Of a DNA stretch of 64,000 nt, positions 13,201 through 26,710 are shown piece after piece. The translations under genes and the position numbers were made by a program. Location: the NCBI GenBank assembly GCA_051362555.1, contig CM120642.1:31434001-31498000 (forward strand), given 5' to 3'. The notes below the pieces were generated by a model. It had not been told where the DNA came from. It saw only the letters and a list, made by a program, of their open reading frames with translations, and did not search any database. Source of the stretch: Lingula anatina. Its lineage: Eukaryota > Animalia > Brachiopoda. Position 1 is the stretch's first letter; every line of letters begins with the position of its first letter.

Positions 13201-14755
13201 GATCAGCATGGAAGAGCACTTTGTGCACTACATGTATACATTTCTTTTCTGTTAAGATTACAAGCATTCAATTTATTCTTACATGTATACTATTTAACCA
13301 ATTCATTAACAGATGAAAAAAGATCATCAATCCGTGTATTTTTTTTCAGACCGCTGGCTGCCGCACCCTGAAATCAACTCCATAGAAGACCTCGCTTTTC
13401 AGCAGCCTCCGTATAAATACGAATACGGGTGCATTACTGGCGGTAGCACTCACAGGACTTTGAAGAAGTTACCTGGTCCAGTCTTTAATAGTATCAACAA
13501 ATACTTTCATGACCAAGGGGATAAAGTTATGGTGAAGTCAGTAGAGGAGGGAATTGAAAAGGTATATTATATTATATTATATTATATTATATTATATTAT
13601 ATTATATTATATTATATTATATTATACAAACGAAAGAAATAGCCACACTGCCACAAGAATGCATATCGTATCACTGATTTATATCAAATACATGTATATC
13701 TTTCCACAGGTGCGCTCAAGTAACTACGCCCTCATCGGCGAAATGAGCACCTTTATCGACTACATCAATAAGGAGTGTGATCTTATGACTGTGGGCGGCC
13801 TGATCCACAAGAAAACTCACGGCTTTGCCCTTCCTCTGGACAGCGAGATCTCTTCAGTACTGCAGATAGCGGCGCTCAAGCTAGAGGAATCGGGAAGACT
13901 TCGTGATATGGAAGTGAGTTGGTTTGTAAAAAAAATGTTGTTTTTTTTGCCTTTGAAAGTAACACGGTGTTTTTTTTTGCCTATGAAAGTAACACGTTTT
14001 TTTTTCCTATGAAAATGACACAACTTGATTGTCAGTGTAAATGGAAAACGCAAGTCATGTGATTCTCCTTAGAGACGTAACATACGTATTCTCACAGTTA
14101 CAAACCGAATTTTATGAGAACTACTGAGTAAAGGGAAAAGGTTGGAGTGGGTGGGTATGAAAAGATATCAGCATAGATAGATATGAGGGTTAACCCATTA
14201 ATATCAAATAAATGAGGAATGAGGTTTTTTGAATATACATTCCTACAATGTGCTCTTTTTCCATTAGTGCTGTTGTTGATCCAATTCATTGTAACATTTT
14301 CCCCCCATCAAGACGACACTGGTTGTTCTTCACTCACGACAGAAAATTTTAAAAAAAGTTGTTATAATTTGAATGTTGTTAGAACTCTTAAGGAAACAGA
14401 AAAATGCCTTTTTGCCTGTTGATTTAAATGCACATTTCAGTGGTCCACAGGGTGTAAATTCTCCTCTAGTTTCCGTACATGCCGTACACTGTGCGTGACT
14501 GCCCTATTTTTTTTTTTACACATACTTAATCTACTATAGCAGTTTGTCAGTTATAACAAAAAGTAAAACTTTCGTTACTAGAAGGTAATGAAAACATTTA
14601 TTATTTTCAGGACAAGTGGTTCGCAGACGAAGGAAAGTGCACCGGGGCGAACGCCGAGTTTAAAGAGAAACAGGCAGCTCTCCCTTCAACACCCAAGTTC
14701 TATGTATACGCTTGGGGCCTTGTAGAGAGCGGAATGGTATGAATGCATTTTACAA

Positions 14756-14798
<43 letters not shown>

Positions 14799-15287
14799 CT
14801 TTAAATTGATATACATCTGCATGTATATACATATAGGCCTATTAAGTATTTTTGGACTTTTTTGGTTTTTAGGCGCACTTAATTCATTTATTTTTGTTTA
14901 TTTGTAAATTTAACCTATTTAGAACTTTGAGTGATATTTGATTTTGATGTTGAACTATACGCGTGCCTAAAATTGACGATAATTATTATAATAATAAATT
15001 TATTTTGAGTCTAAGATTCATTATAACATGTTCAGAAGAATTTACATATACATAAAACAATTACTTAAGAAATCAATTATTAGGAATAGGTAATCAAAAC
15101 ACTAATACAAGTTAGTTACAACATTGCCCTGTGATGAACAGATTTATATTTTATATTTTATATATGAACAGGTGTCACTGGGAGTCTTTTGGGGTCCACT
15201 GATACTCCTTCTAATCGGGGCCATCATTGCCGGAATACTGTTAGGAGTGGAAATTATGTACTTCAAACATATAGACAAGGTGAGCAC

Positions 15288-15322
<35 letters not shown>

Positions 15323-15657
15323 TGTGCGTGTGCGCGTGTGTGGTCGCCTTAATTTATCATTATGACTTAAGGCGTACGTGCAACTTCTTAAGAACGATTT
15401 AAAATAACGCACCCTTTACACTTTGTTAAGCGGCATTCTGTCTCTTGTTATAGGGAAATACCCTGTTGGTATGCTATAATTCTTTTCTATCTTATGAGAT
15501 AAAGTACTGGTTTTAAATTGTAGGAATTTTTAATTTTAATAACATGGGGAAACAGTCAGAAGGAAATACTCGTAAAACATATCTAATTTGTCTTCAGAGA
15601 AAATATGCCGCAAGCCAAAGGGAAGTTCTACCACAGCACGAGGAAGGAGTCAACTGA
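8400..15657 (+). CDS. Ionotropic glutamate receptor family subunit lacking the amino-terminal domain (~500 aa)
   Basis: Exons 8400-8472 (signal peptide MKPVILRILVVIAALTLGTDC), 9917-9981 (ATREKRQVTSPGNKTYIVSTIA), 10497-10697 (HPPFM..GNDRFYGF..WNGMIGEV), 11414-11617 (AAITITPDRLRVVDF, M1), 12272-12419 (NSLWQSLTTLLWQG), 12944-13072 (PRSISAR..AYTGAVIAQL), 13350-13561 (INSIEDLA..GGST), 13710-13913 (YALIGE..GFALP..LEESGRL), 14611-14703 or 14736 (DKWF), 15172-15279 (M4), 15598-15657. Motifs follow the S1-M1-M2-M3-S2-M4 layout of iGluRs. Confidence 0.9.
8862..8970. repeat. (GA)n microsatellite interrupted by three AGAAGCGGG motifs
   Basis: Directly visible; intronic. Confidence 0.85.
9573..9784. mobile_element. 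Probable MITE (imperfect terminal inverted repeats) in iGluR intron 1
   Basis: Left end GCCCATTTCCATAGATTAGATCGACCTA matches the reverse complement of the right end TAGATCGATCTAAAATCTATGGGAATAGAGC; no clear target-site duplication. Confidence 0.5.
10029..10194. mobile_element. MITE with perfect 15-bp TIRs in iGluR intron 2
   Basis: CAGGGGCGTAACCAG ... CTGGTTACGCCCCTG, internal repeat CTGTGCGTACAATTT x2, flanked by CATAT on both sides. Confidence 0.75.
10204..10380. repeat. Compound (GT)n/(GA)n microsatellite
   Basis: Directly visible. Confidence 0.9.
13563..13626. repeat. (ATATT)n pentanucleotide microsatellite directly after an iGluR splice donor
   Basis: Directly visible; explains the spurious YYIIL peptide repeats in the ORF track. 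Confidence 0.95.
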
Positions 15658-18600
15658 AGACGTGCATTGAAGCGGAGTTCCCAGATAGATGTTTTTCTCA
15701 AGTTTGATAACAAATGAAAGGCCGATATCGCAAATATGCCATTAAACTGGATTGCCAGAATGTGAAATAAAACTGAAAAAGGAAGGTGTTCTGTTATCAA
15801 TTGTGCATAGAATGTGAGAAGAGCGTTGCAGTACGAACCCTACTCATGCGAGTTTTGACTTTTGCTTTGGCTTTGTTATTTAGTTGGTTAGGTTTGAATT
15901 TGTAGTTTAATGTTTTTAAAACTTTTGATAGCCATTGCTTATATTTTTTTGACTAATATGTTTTATGTCATACCTTTATCCTATACATACATGTAAGTGA
16001 CAGGAAAACAGCTGACGTCGTGTTGAAATATCTCAAATAATATAAATTTCATACCAAAAATGTTGTATTGTTTAGTCTATCGCAGCTATCCTAGAAATCG
16101 ATCGTTTGAATAATAAAAATAATTTTTTTCAACCCAAGTTGTTTATTTACTAGACTGCTAAGTCTCTGGGTATAAAGGCACTGTAACAAAATGGTAGTAT
16201 GAATGAAAAAGGGGTCTTTTTAGCCCAATTGAAAAGTAGTTTTAAAATGACAATAAAAAACGACCACATTTTTTCAAATAATCTTTACTTGCACTTCCTT
16301 GAGCTTGAACAGATATACATAATTAATTCATAGTTAATAGTTCTAAAGCAAAAAGTAATGGCCACCATTTCTGGACGGAATTTATTGTTCTTGTATACAT
16401 AAATATATATAATATCTGTGATAAATGTAGATTTATAAGAAGTTACTCACAACCTTTAACTGATATTTCAATCACCAAAATTTGCCATAATCTAGTTTGA
16501 TTATTAGATAACATGAACCTTAAATGAAAATTTCCAAAAGCACACAAAATATGTTATATATAAGTTATTGGGGTATCTACATATATGTAAAAAACAGTCA
16601 TAAGAATTCACACAAAAGAAAAAGCAGACCATAAATAAAGTACGAGTCCAAAACCTAGACTGCAGTTTTTATATATAAAAACCATTGTCTCTAATAATCT
16701 AGTATATACCACCTATGCAAAATGTGTATCAAAAGTAAAAAAAAAAAAATGTTGCATTTGATTGTTAATAAATATCCAATGTACCTCCCTTATACCAATT
16801 TCTCTTCATATAAAGATTTAATTCCAAATCTAAAAACAAAATTTTTAAAGATACCTAAACAATTAAAGTAAAAATAACAGATCTAAACATTCTAAAAATG
16901 ACACAAAATCATTTTAAAGTGTGATATTTCATATCAACATTTTATAGTGTTATTCTAAATAACTCAGTAATGAGATACTCACATCAAAGTACTTTGTATA
17001 ATTAACAAACACCAAGTCTAACAAACTTAAACCAAACACAGAAACAACCTGTATAACAAACATAAAATGCATCTTTGATCAATCCCTTGTCAGATAACTT
17101 CAGATATGATACATATGAGCGTTTCTAAATTATAAAAATAATCACTGTAGAGAATGCTAATTTTAAAAGGAGGACACCTCCCCATTCCTCATAAACATCT
17201 AATTTTAACTGATTAAAAATAAACATTGGGACCATTTAACTTGAAGGCTTCATACAGTTTCAGAATAACCCATTTAAATTTAAATAAACTTTTAAATTAT
17301 TATGACTAGATCATTCTCAACATCTTCAGCTAATCTTTGGGCTATGATCCCTACAATGATGATTTTTTTTTTGACACAGTTCAAACCCAACTTAGTCCAT
17401 CAGTTTGCATCTTCTTCCTTTTTTTTTTCATAATCACTAGTTACAGGCATCCATGTTAAAACTTTCTCTTTCATTATTTTGTAACTGGGATATCATGGTC
17501 AAACTTCATATAATAAGAATCTATACAGAAAGAACTGTTGATTGCCCATGTTTCTCTTGAGTATATAACTATAAACCTTTGTACAGCATTTCAAAGTCCA
17601 CAAACAAAAAGCATTGATTAAAATTAAATAACAATAAAAGATCAGAATAAATATCAATGTATTCTCCTTTATGGATCATTATGAATATCATGAATAGGTC
17701 AATATCACTGGTTGCATTGAATGAGTTTCTGATATGGAATGTTGACATTTTGCATATTGTGTGAACTCTTCTCCCTTTCCTTGTATTTGCTACTAATGTC
17801 ATCTAAAATTCACAAATTAAGAATACCCTCATGTTGGACTTTACATACCCTGTGACTTTACCCAAAAGTATTATTTTAAACAACCATTTTTTTACAAAAA
17901 ATAAAAGCAAGAGTCTTAGAACCACTTTTTTTGGCTATCCATACCCCTTCCAAATCTTAAGGAGATTCTCACAGTTATTAAAAGTTTTTAAAAAGGAACA
18001 CATGGTATGAGTAAATAAATTCTAATCTGCAGATATTTAAAGAAAAGAGTTAAAATGCAACAATAATGTAATAAGAACAACAAAGTGTAAAACACAAGTA
18101 TGTGTGTTTTGGATAAATCATCTTCCTCAAATATAAATATTAAAACTTCATGAAAAATATATCCACACATTCTTCTACCATATTACTACCATTAAGCTAC
18201 CTTGTGCCTGCTTTATTATGTAGGTATATTATGAACAAGATGAGGATGCTTCCTACCTTCAAGCTACAATATTAGCTAAACATCTGTCATTTGAACCATT
18301 CATAATATCTACATGGTTTGTCATTAAATGATTCCTGAATCATCAGCTGCATTATCCTAAACCATACAACCAGTGACTTATGCCTCTGGTATTTTCAAAA
18401 CACTTTCTCTATCTTCTACCAAATCCATGGTGGCACAGATTAGAAGGAAATAAATGCAACCACGAAGGGCGCGTTTTAATAAAAATAAACTAGCCCCCTA
18501 GCAAGTGTCTGGTTAGACACAAAAATATTCTAGGTACATGTAGCACTATTCAGAAGCCAGTACACTTGTAATTGCTGTTATGTTGATTATAATAATAATA

Positions 18601-18673
18601 ATAATAATATTTATAACAGAGCAAACAAATTATACTATTTCTTTTTACTATATTCAACCTGAGGCACAACTTC

Positions 18674-21600
18674 TCAGTTAACATTACAGTTTTCAGCGGC
18701 AGGGTCCACCCCCTCCAAGTCTTGCAGCAAGGTGTCCAGTTCTGTCTCCATAGTGTTAATCTCTGCCTCTAGCTGCTGCATCTCCTGTCTTTGGAGTCCA
18801 TATTCATCAAGAAGAGCTGAAATTTTAAAAACACAGCCTAAATATCTTAAGTTTTTTTAATAGTTTGCACTCAACATGAAAACAAGAAATGACAAAGAAA
18901 TTTTGTTGTTCTCTTTTTGACCTAATAAACATGTGTATTCTAATTCCAGGAAAGACAAAAATTTACAGCATAAAAGATACCCAAGGCATGATGGGTACAG
19001 TTCTGTACAGAGCAAACCCAGTCCAGATATGACTATAAGAATAGTTACCATTATTTACATAATTACAGTACCCTGATTGTGAAAATGTATTGGTTTACAT
19101 ATATTAACAACAAAAAACAACTGATATACAGTAATGACTTGAACTTTTCAATGGCAAAAAAATATTAATTTTACAGATATTGTATTTTTCAAGTCATAAA
19201 TTTTTAAAATTAGAATATTCTTATTGAGTGGTAGCAACAAAACTGAAAAACTAGCTTCCTTATAACTTTATTTTACACAGAAAAAGGACCACAAATTCTA
19301 TACAGAAATATACTTCTAATGATTTTAAAATCATGTATCTGAAAAATTGGTAATTTTTTCCCCTTTGAAAAGATTCTAGTCATTACCATAGATCATAAAC
19401 AATTTATACAGAGTATGTGTAAATGAGTATAGTTCTCTCTCCGACTACAGATTTTAAACAGAGTCAACCCACCTGCCACGCTTCTGATAAGTGGGTCATT
19501 CTGTAAACTGCTCTCTATGGAGCTAAAGTCTGTCTGGAGTTGGGACATATCCTCCCTTACGGTCCCCAGTTCACTCTGGGCAGCCGTAGTGGCCGTAGAG
19601 CGAGACTGGGCTGATGTGGTGAGATTCTGAAGCCTGGCTTGGTTGGCTTGATTTACCTGAGACACACGGCATGAAATATTAATACAGATTGTGAATACAA
19701 ACAAACAGTAAGACTTAAGTTGTCTTCATATGACATTCTTATGTCTAGCTTAATATGTACAGTTGAAGAGGGTTGTTATAAATATGTAGACATAAAGAAG
19801 GATGGAGGCTGATCTGTCTTGGTGTATCAAAGGTAGGTGGTATGCCCCCCATCATATAGATCTAGTTTCAGAGAAAAGGTTAGTCTTGGAAGTCTGGCCT
19901 GGTGAATTACAGAGAACTGCTATGTCCGCTGTGATTAAGAGTAGTTATAGAGAATGAGATATTCAGTTTGTTGATGTTACAAATCCCAGATTAATATCTC
20001 AGATTGTACCTGAAGACTGCAAGTGATATAACAGACACAAATGCTGCAGTTTTATTGGATATCAAAACTATTCTATTTGTTCAGTAACAAGAGTTCTTTA
20101 AAATTACAACTTCCTGAATGAATGAGACTTTGACACAATCAAGTTCTGCCTACCTGCTGTGCAGACTGTGCCATAATGAAGGCACCTCCAGCCTGTGTGT
20201 TAGCCGCCTGCGCAGCACGAGTGGCTGACACAAAGCACTGCTCTGTGGACGTGATCACATTAAACACACGGCTCAGTGCCTGGGATGTGCCGATGGCTTG
20301 GCTGGAGGCACTGGAAGCTTTGGCTGACACCTGAAGGAAGACGAGGTGACTTGATATATTAAACTTGAATACTTACAAATTAAAATCTTAATTGCATGTG
20401 TTAAAGTTTAAAACATAGACTAATGGATCAATAATTATAAATTACAATCAAATTTAAATTACAATAAAATAATAATCAAGCTTTCAATTTTAATTTTTGA
20501 ATAATTACTAAAACATGTTGACATTATTTCCCCTGTTCATTGTGCTGACATAGTCATCAGATCTCTAATGGCAATAACAAATTCAAACCTACACAAATTT
20601 GCTGAATACAGTATAATGTACAAGCTTGGTCATACCTCCGCAGCAACCCTGGTCACCATGTAAACATCAGAGTCGATCTTTTCAACAGCAGTAACAAATC
20701 TAAATCTACATAAAACATGTGCTGAATGTAGTATATCAGCTAGGTCATACATGTACCTGTGCGCTGACCCTGTTCACTGTGTTGATGTGGTCATCAGATC
20801 GGTTAATCAGCACCTGGGTGTGGTTCTGAAGGAGAGCAGCCTGCTCTAAGTTTCCCTGGATAGTACGCACTTGTTCCAGGGCCATATGAGATTCCTCACT
20901 GAAATAACAGTTAGAATTGGTTTGAAGACAGGTAGAAGTACAGGTAAATATAGGTGTGTGTAGTTTGCACCTGCACCCCCCCCCCTCCCGGACTATTATG
21001 GCATGGAGGATGGTACTGAAATGTAGTGACTGAATATAATACGAATCCTTCATCCTGGAAGGTTTATTACTAAACAATCTTTGACAAATGGTTTGAATAC
21101 CGTTTTTTATAAATTATGCAAAAAATTGTTTTAAATCATTTTAAAATATGTAAACCTGCTATCAAGATGCTTTTCAAATATAAAGGTGTCTTCTAAAATG
21201 GCCTGCCTATTATAATTTTACACTCTCAACATAAAAAATTAATACCGTGTATGATGGAGCACTATCTGTCAAGTTAAGAATGGCTAAAAGAAAAAAATCC
21301 ATCTGACAAAATAGACAATCTCACTCACACAGCTGTCTGTGTGATATTCAGTGCTTCCTGTGCCAGCCTCAGTGCTTCTGTGGCACTGTCAAATGTGGAG
21401 GAAACACTGGCCTGGGACACCTGGGTGTTGTTGATCTCTCCAGTGATAGCCTTGATTTCATTTAGAGTTCTCAAGTTTATATTGAGAGCATCACTGGCGA
21501 GACTGTTAGCCTGGGCTGTCTTGTCCTTCACATTCTGGAGGTCAGAAATTGCAGACTTGCTCTTCTGAAGAGCCTTGGTGATATTCTCTCGGCTGCTGAC

Positions 21601-22759
21601 AGCCAAGTCCTGGAGAAAATATATAACATCATTCAGCATATTTATCAAACTGCTTTCTTAAGTTGGAACACAGTTATGAATCAAAATGCAAAGTGGACAG
21701 TTATATAATACTAAGTCAACGTGTTTATTTCTTTTTATGAAATCCCCGAAACTTTTGAGATTAAAATTTTCCATTTTTGAAATAGAGCCATAAAAAGTTA
21801 CTAACCCTGTAACTAAGTGCTGCACTTTGGGCTGTCAGTGCTGCCCTCTGGGACTGTGTAGCATTGAACTTGGTCACCTGACTCTCTGTCACTTTGACCT
21901 GGACTTGACCTTGATTTCTTGTTGCTATGGAAATGGCCTGTGTTGCTGTCTGATTGGCTGAAGTAACTGTAGCAGAGGCAGTGGCTATGGCACTCTGTAA
22001 GGCTGCCACCCCCTGCTGTACCTGCGCAAGTTCACTATTGAGTGTGCTAAAAATCTGGGACAAGCTCTGATAGTCCGATTTTATTGTCCCACTCAGTATA
22101 CTGAAAAAAAAGGGCACAGAAAACATATAATAAACATAAAAAAGCCATTTTTGTATAAATATTTTTTACCTTTATACAGGTTCACATGATACAAAACAAC
22201 CTTGCCTTTTTTAACAATTGGGAAATAAATACCCTACACTGGAAAAAAATCAAAGTACATATACTTTGTCTTTTTTTGTTTTTTGCCATTGTCATTTGTA
22301 AACATGCTACATGCAAAAAAAGCAAAGATAACTAAAGTAATAGCAATCCCCTTTACCTGTCAGATGCCAGCCTATCTTGCATAGCTGCATCCAAAGTGGT
22401 CATCTCTCTGTTGACCCTGTCCACTAGCAGCTTCATAGTGGCATTAGTGACCATGATAGTCTGAGTCAGATTCTGTATCAGTGTGAATGACGTGTTGCCA
22501 GCTGCCAGACTCTGACTGTGGCTTGTCCTGGCTAAGTTCAAGGCCAATTGAAGATCACTGGCATTTCTGAACACACCTGGCTCCACCTATACCAATGAAA
22601 ATGTTCAACTTATTTTGAGGACATACCATGCTGGAATTGGTGATGTATGTTATAAATGGGTATTGTATCAGAGCATCTTTGAGCCATTTGCTTAACTGTT
22701 AATATTTTTACTAAACTTGAGTAATGTTAACTGGGTATGTTAAATCCATTGTATTTGAA

Positions 22760-22802
<43 letters not shown>

Positions 22803-25800
22803 TGACAAAAACTAAATGACATTTTGTCTAAAAAATTGAATAACTCACAAAAAAAAATTGTACTTGTTTTTCCAAACATTTATTTACCTCCACTATTCCT
22901 GTGAACTGTCTTGTCATCTCCACTGACTGTTGTATTAGTGCCTTGTCAGCTTCAATAGTCTGCAGAATACTTGTCAACTGCTCCACCTCTGTGGTAATCT
23001 GACACAGACAAATTAAAAAAAATTACATTAAATAGTATTAAAAAAAATAAACAAAGACAAATTCTGTAAAATTTTGATTAAAAAGATGACAGTATTTCTT
23101 ATCATATGTGCCTCATTGTATTTCATCATTTTTCAGTCATCTTGAAAACAGATGTAACAAATTTAAACTGTACAAAATGTGGTACCACATGACATATTTA
23201 AAATATTTATAAGTGCTGGACTAAGTAGGAATATATATTTTCACATGGCTCAAAAACCAATATGCTAGAATATCACTCCAAATCCTAATCTATCATAGTC
23301 TTCTATTCAAATAAAAATGTCATACAAACAAATAAATAAAAGTGTAAATAAATTTCAACTTAGATAAAGATCACCAAAATTTAACTGTTGTTCATAACAC
23401 TCCCATACATCAAACAAACTTCAATCGAAAGAAAATTCAAATCCAGCTGTCAACAGAAGACAGCCAAATATAACAGAAGAGTCATAAACTAGCTATACAT
23501 TACCATATCTTCAATCTAACATGACACAATAAATAAAAATTAGGACCATAAGGTGTGCACAGTTTGATGTACATGACAAAAGTGTGAAAGATTTAAATAC
23601 ATATTCACATATATCAAAAAAGTACAATAAAATTCACTATAATCTGTAAACAACATATAACCATTAGAAAATACCCCATCACAAAATATCCTTCAGTGCA
23701 GTAATGTAAAACAGCTAAAGTAAACTCACAATGTGTGATGTGACTGCCCAAACACTTGAGTTGAAAAATTTTAAAAATCAGTCGTATCCTATCTTCAAGT
23801 AACAAAAAACTATCTTCCTACAATACCTTCTGGGGAACTTCCAACTAATTGTTTTAAAGTCTAGGACATACTGAATTCATAACATGTGGACATCACACTA
23901 GTTTAGAATATTTTCACAACATGTAAGAGAAAAATTACTTTGGTGGAGAAAAAAAAAGATTGTGATTGCTTTAATGAGAAGTAAGCTGTATGACCAAAAC
24001 AAAAACTGTGCACCATCACCAGTGTAACATTGGCTGAACTTGCTGATCCATGATGGATAAAACTTATACCCAGTAATACACAGGTGTACATTGTAACAAT
24101 TTAAGGGACCATTCACAATTAATCAATGTCAACCTAGCTAATGGGGGCTAACTCCACAGGGACACTTGCTGAATGCAATCAGACTGACAGAATAACATGC
24201 TTCTCCCTAAAGCTGAGTAGAACATAGAAAAGCTGGTGATTACTAAATCATAATACATGTACACTGGAAACAAGAGAAGACGTGTTAGTCTGCTCATCTA
24301 ATTGCATTCAGTAAGGGTCTTCATGGAGTACATATTAGCTAGGTGGACAAAGTGCACTGTGAATGGTCCCTAAGTCTGCTTTTGGGTTAGACTCAGTGGA
24401 CAGAGCTCACCTGCTGGAACCCCTGGGTGAGGTACTGTAGCCTGGCACTCATCTCCTGTACTCTGGTGATGGAGCCTTGGGTGCCAGTGATGTTCTGTTC
24501 CAGAGATTGCAGGACTGAGGCATAGTGAGCAGAGGTCAAGTTGTCTGGAATTAAAGAGTTAAAATTCTTTAAATAAATGATCTGTCTGGAATTAAAGAGT
24601 TATAATTCTTTAAATAAATGAACTGATTATCAGTTGGTATTTTGGTAAGTAGACATTACTGTCCTTAAAAATCATCATATGCCATGGTAATACAATATTG
24701 TGAACAGCATTTATAGCTAAAACATAACTAAAAGGCAATAATATCTTACTAAAACAGAAACAAATAGCACATATTATTATAAATGAATTTATTTTGTTGA
24801 GCTTGCTACAACTGTGTCAAAAATATGAGATATAAACATACAACAGAGAAATGTCATATTTTTTTCAGTTATTTTAAAACAGTTTCACTCACCATAATGT
24901 CTCCATATATTGAGGACTATAGCATATTGTTCTGAGAAAGCGGCTCCAATGGCATCTATCTTCTTGGCCCAAGTATCAAAGCAATTGCCACAGAGAGGAC
25001 AGGCAGGAAATGTGCCTGGGAATATACAGGCATGGTTTTTAGCAAAACTGGATCTTTGGTTTCAAAAAGTTGATTTGTTGATTTAGGCCTTGTAAAGCAG
25101 AAAACTCTCACAAAAATCTTAACTTAAAAATTTTTGCCCTTTCACAGCCAAAGTCAATTTCATCTTTGGAAGGGGGTCTCCATAGAAATGTCTGGTATTT
25201 GTTATTCATAAACAAAAGTCTTCATGAATACACAAAAAGTTTACAATTGCAGCAATATCTTAAGATTAAATGTGGTGGCTACTTTTCAATTTACTCACCA
25301 ACAGTTACTCCACTGACATAGTTGTATTCAACTGAAATTAAAAGCAATTCACTGGACTTAAAATCAGGATTATTCTAAAGAATATATTGTAGACTCAAAG
25401 TAAAATATCTGGTGTGTTTCAACCGTTTAATATCCTGACCAGACAGAATTTTTTTCTCTTCTAACTGTAAAGATCTTGATGTACAATCCGTGAGACACAT
25501 TTATTAAATCATGGTACGCAGTCACAAATACTGTTATAAACACACATATATCATAAGGAAAATAACTAACCAAAAATAACAGGTACTTGAAAGCTATACA
25601 GAGATAAAATAGGACCTTAAAAATATCTAGAAAATGCAAGTGATGAAAACATAAAGCTCTGTATGGAGACTTCAGGGCAGGGCATAGAAATACAACACCT
25701 AAATGACTGAATTTCCGAATAAACCAAAGAAGACTGTAGTCATCTCTGTCTCCTGAACTTACCACTGGTTCCTGCAGCACACTGGTCACACTGGCGTCCA

Positions 25801-26326
25801 GTGATGGAGGGACTGGAGCAGGTGCACTGACCGGTCACTTGGTCACATGTCCCAAAGGTCTGACCAGGCACTGTGGCCGTGCCCTGGTTGTTACACTTGC
25901 AGACTGGAAGCGATAATGGTCTTTGTATATATCTTGTCAGAGCAATAAACTAGTGTGTGGCAGCCTTTTCATAATTAAATATAAATATGTTGGTTGTGTC
26001 CACACATATTTAAAATGTCAATCAAACAACACAAAATCTCTTGTTTTCTCTCTTTATCACTATATCTCACTCAGTTATCTTTCCTTTGTTTTCCTCCTCA
26101 CATACACATGTAAGTACACACACACACATACACACACAAACATGTACGTACACACACACATGTACACACACACACACACATGAACGTACACATACACACA
26201 CACACATGTAGACACACATACACACACACATGTACGTACACATACACATGTACATACACACACACACACACATGTACACACACATACACACACACACATG
26301 TACACATACATACACACACACATGTA

Positions 26327-26385
<59 letters not shown>

Positions 26386-26654
26386 CTATACATGGCATGC
26401 AAAAATTATCGACAAAGCCTCAGCTGTACGTGTGTGTTCATGCGTGTGTGTGTGTGCGTGCATGCGTGCGTGTGTGTGTGTGTAGGGAAGGGAGGTGTCA
26501 CTAGATCACTTACCATCACAGCCTGTGACAACATTGATGTTGTAGAATGTCTCAGTACACCTGTCACATCTCTGTCCCTCCACATTATTCCTGCAGGCAC
26601 ACTGACCTGTTACCTGGAAAATATTTAACACACGTTATCACAGTGTACACAGGG

Positions 26655-26710
<56 letters not shown>

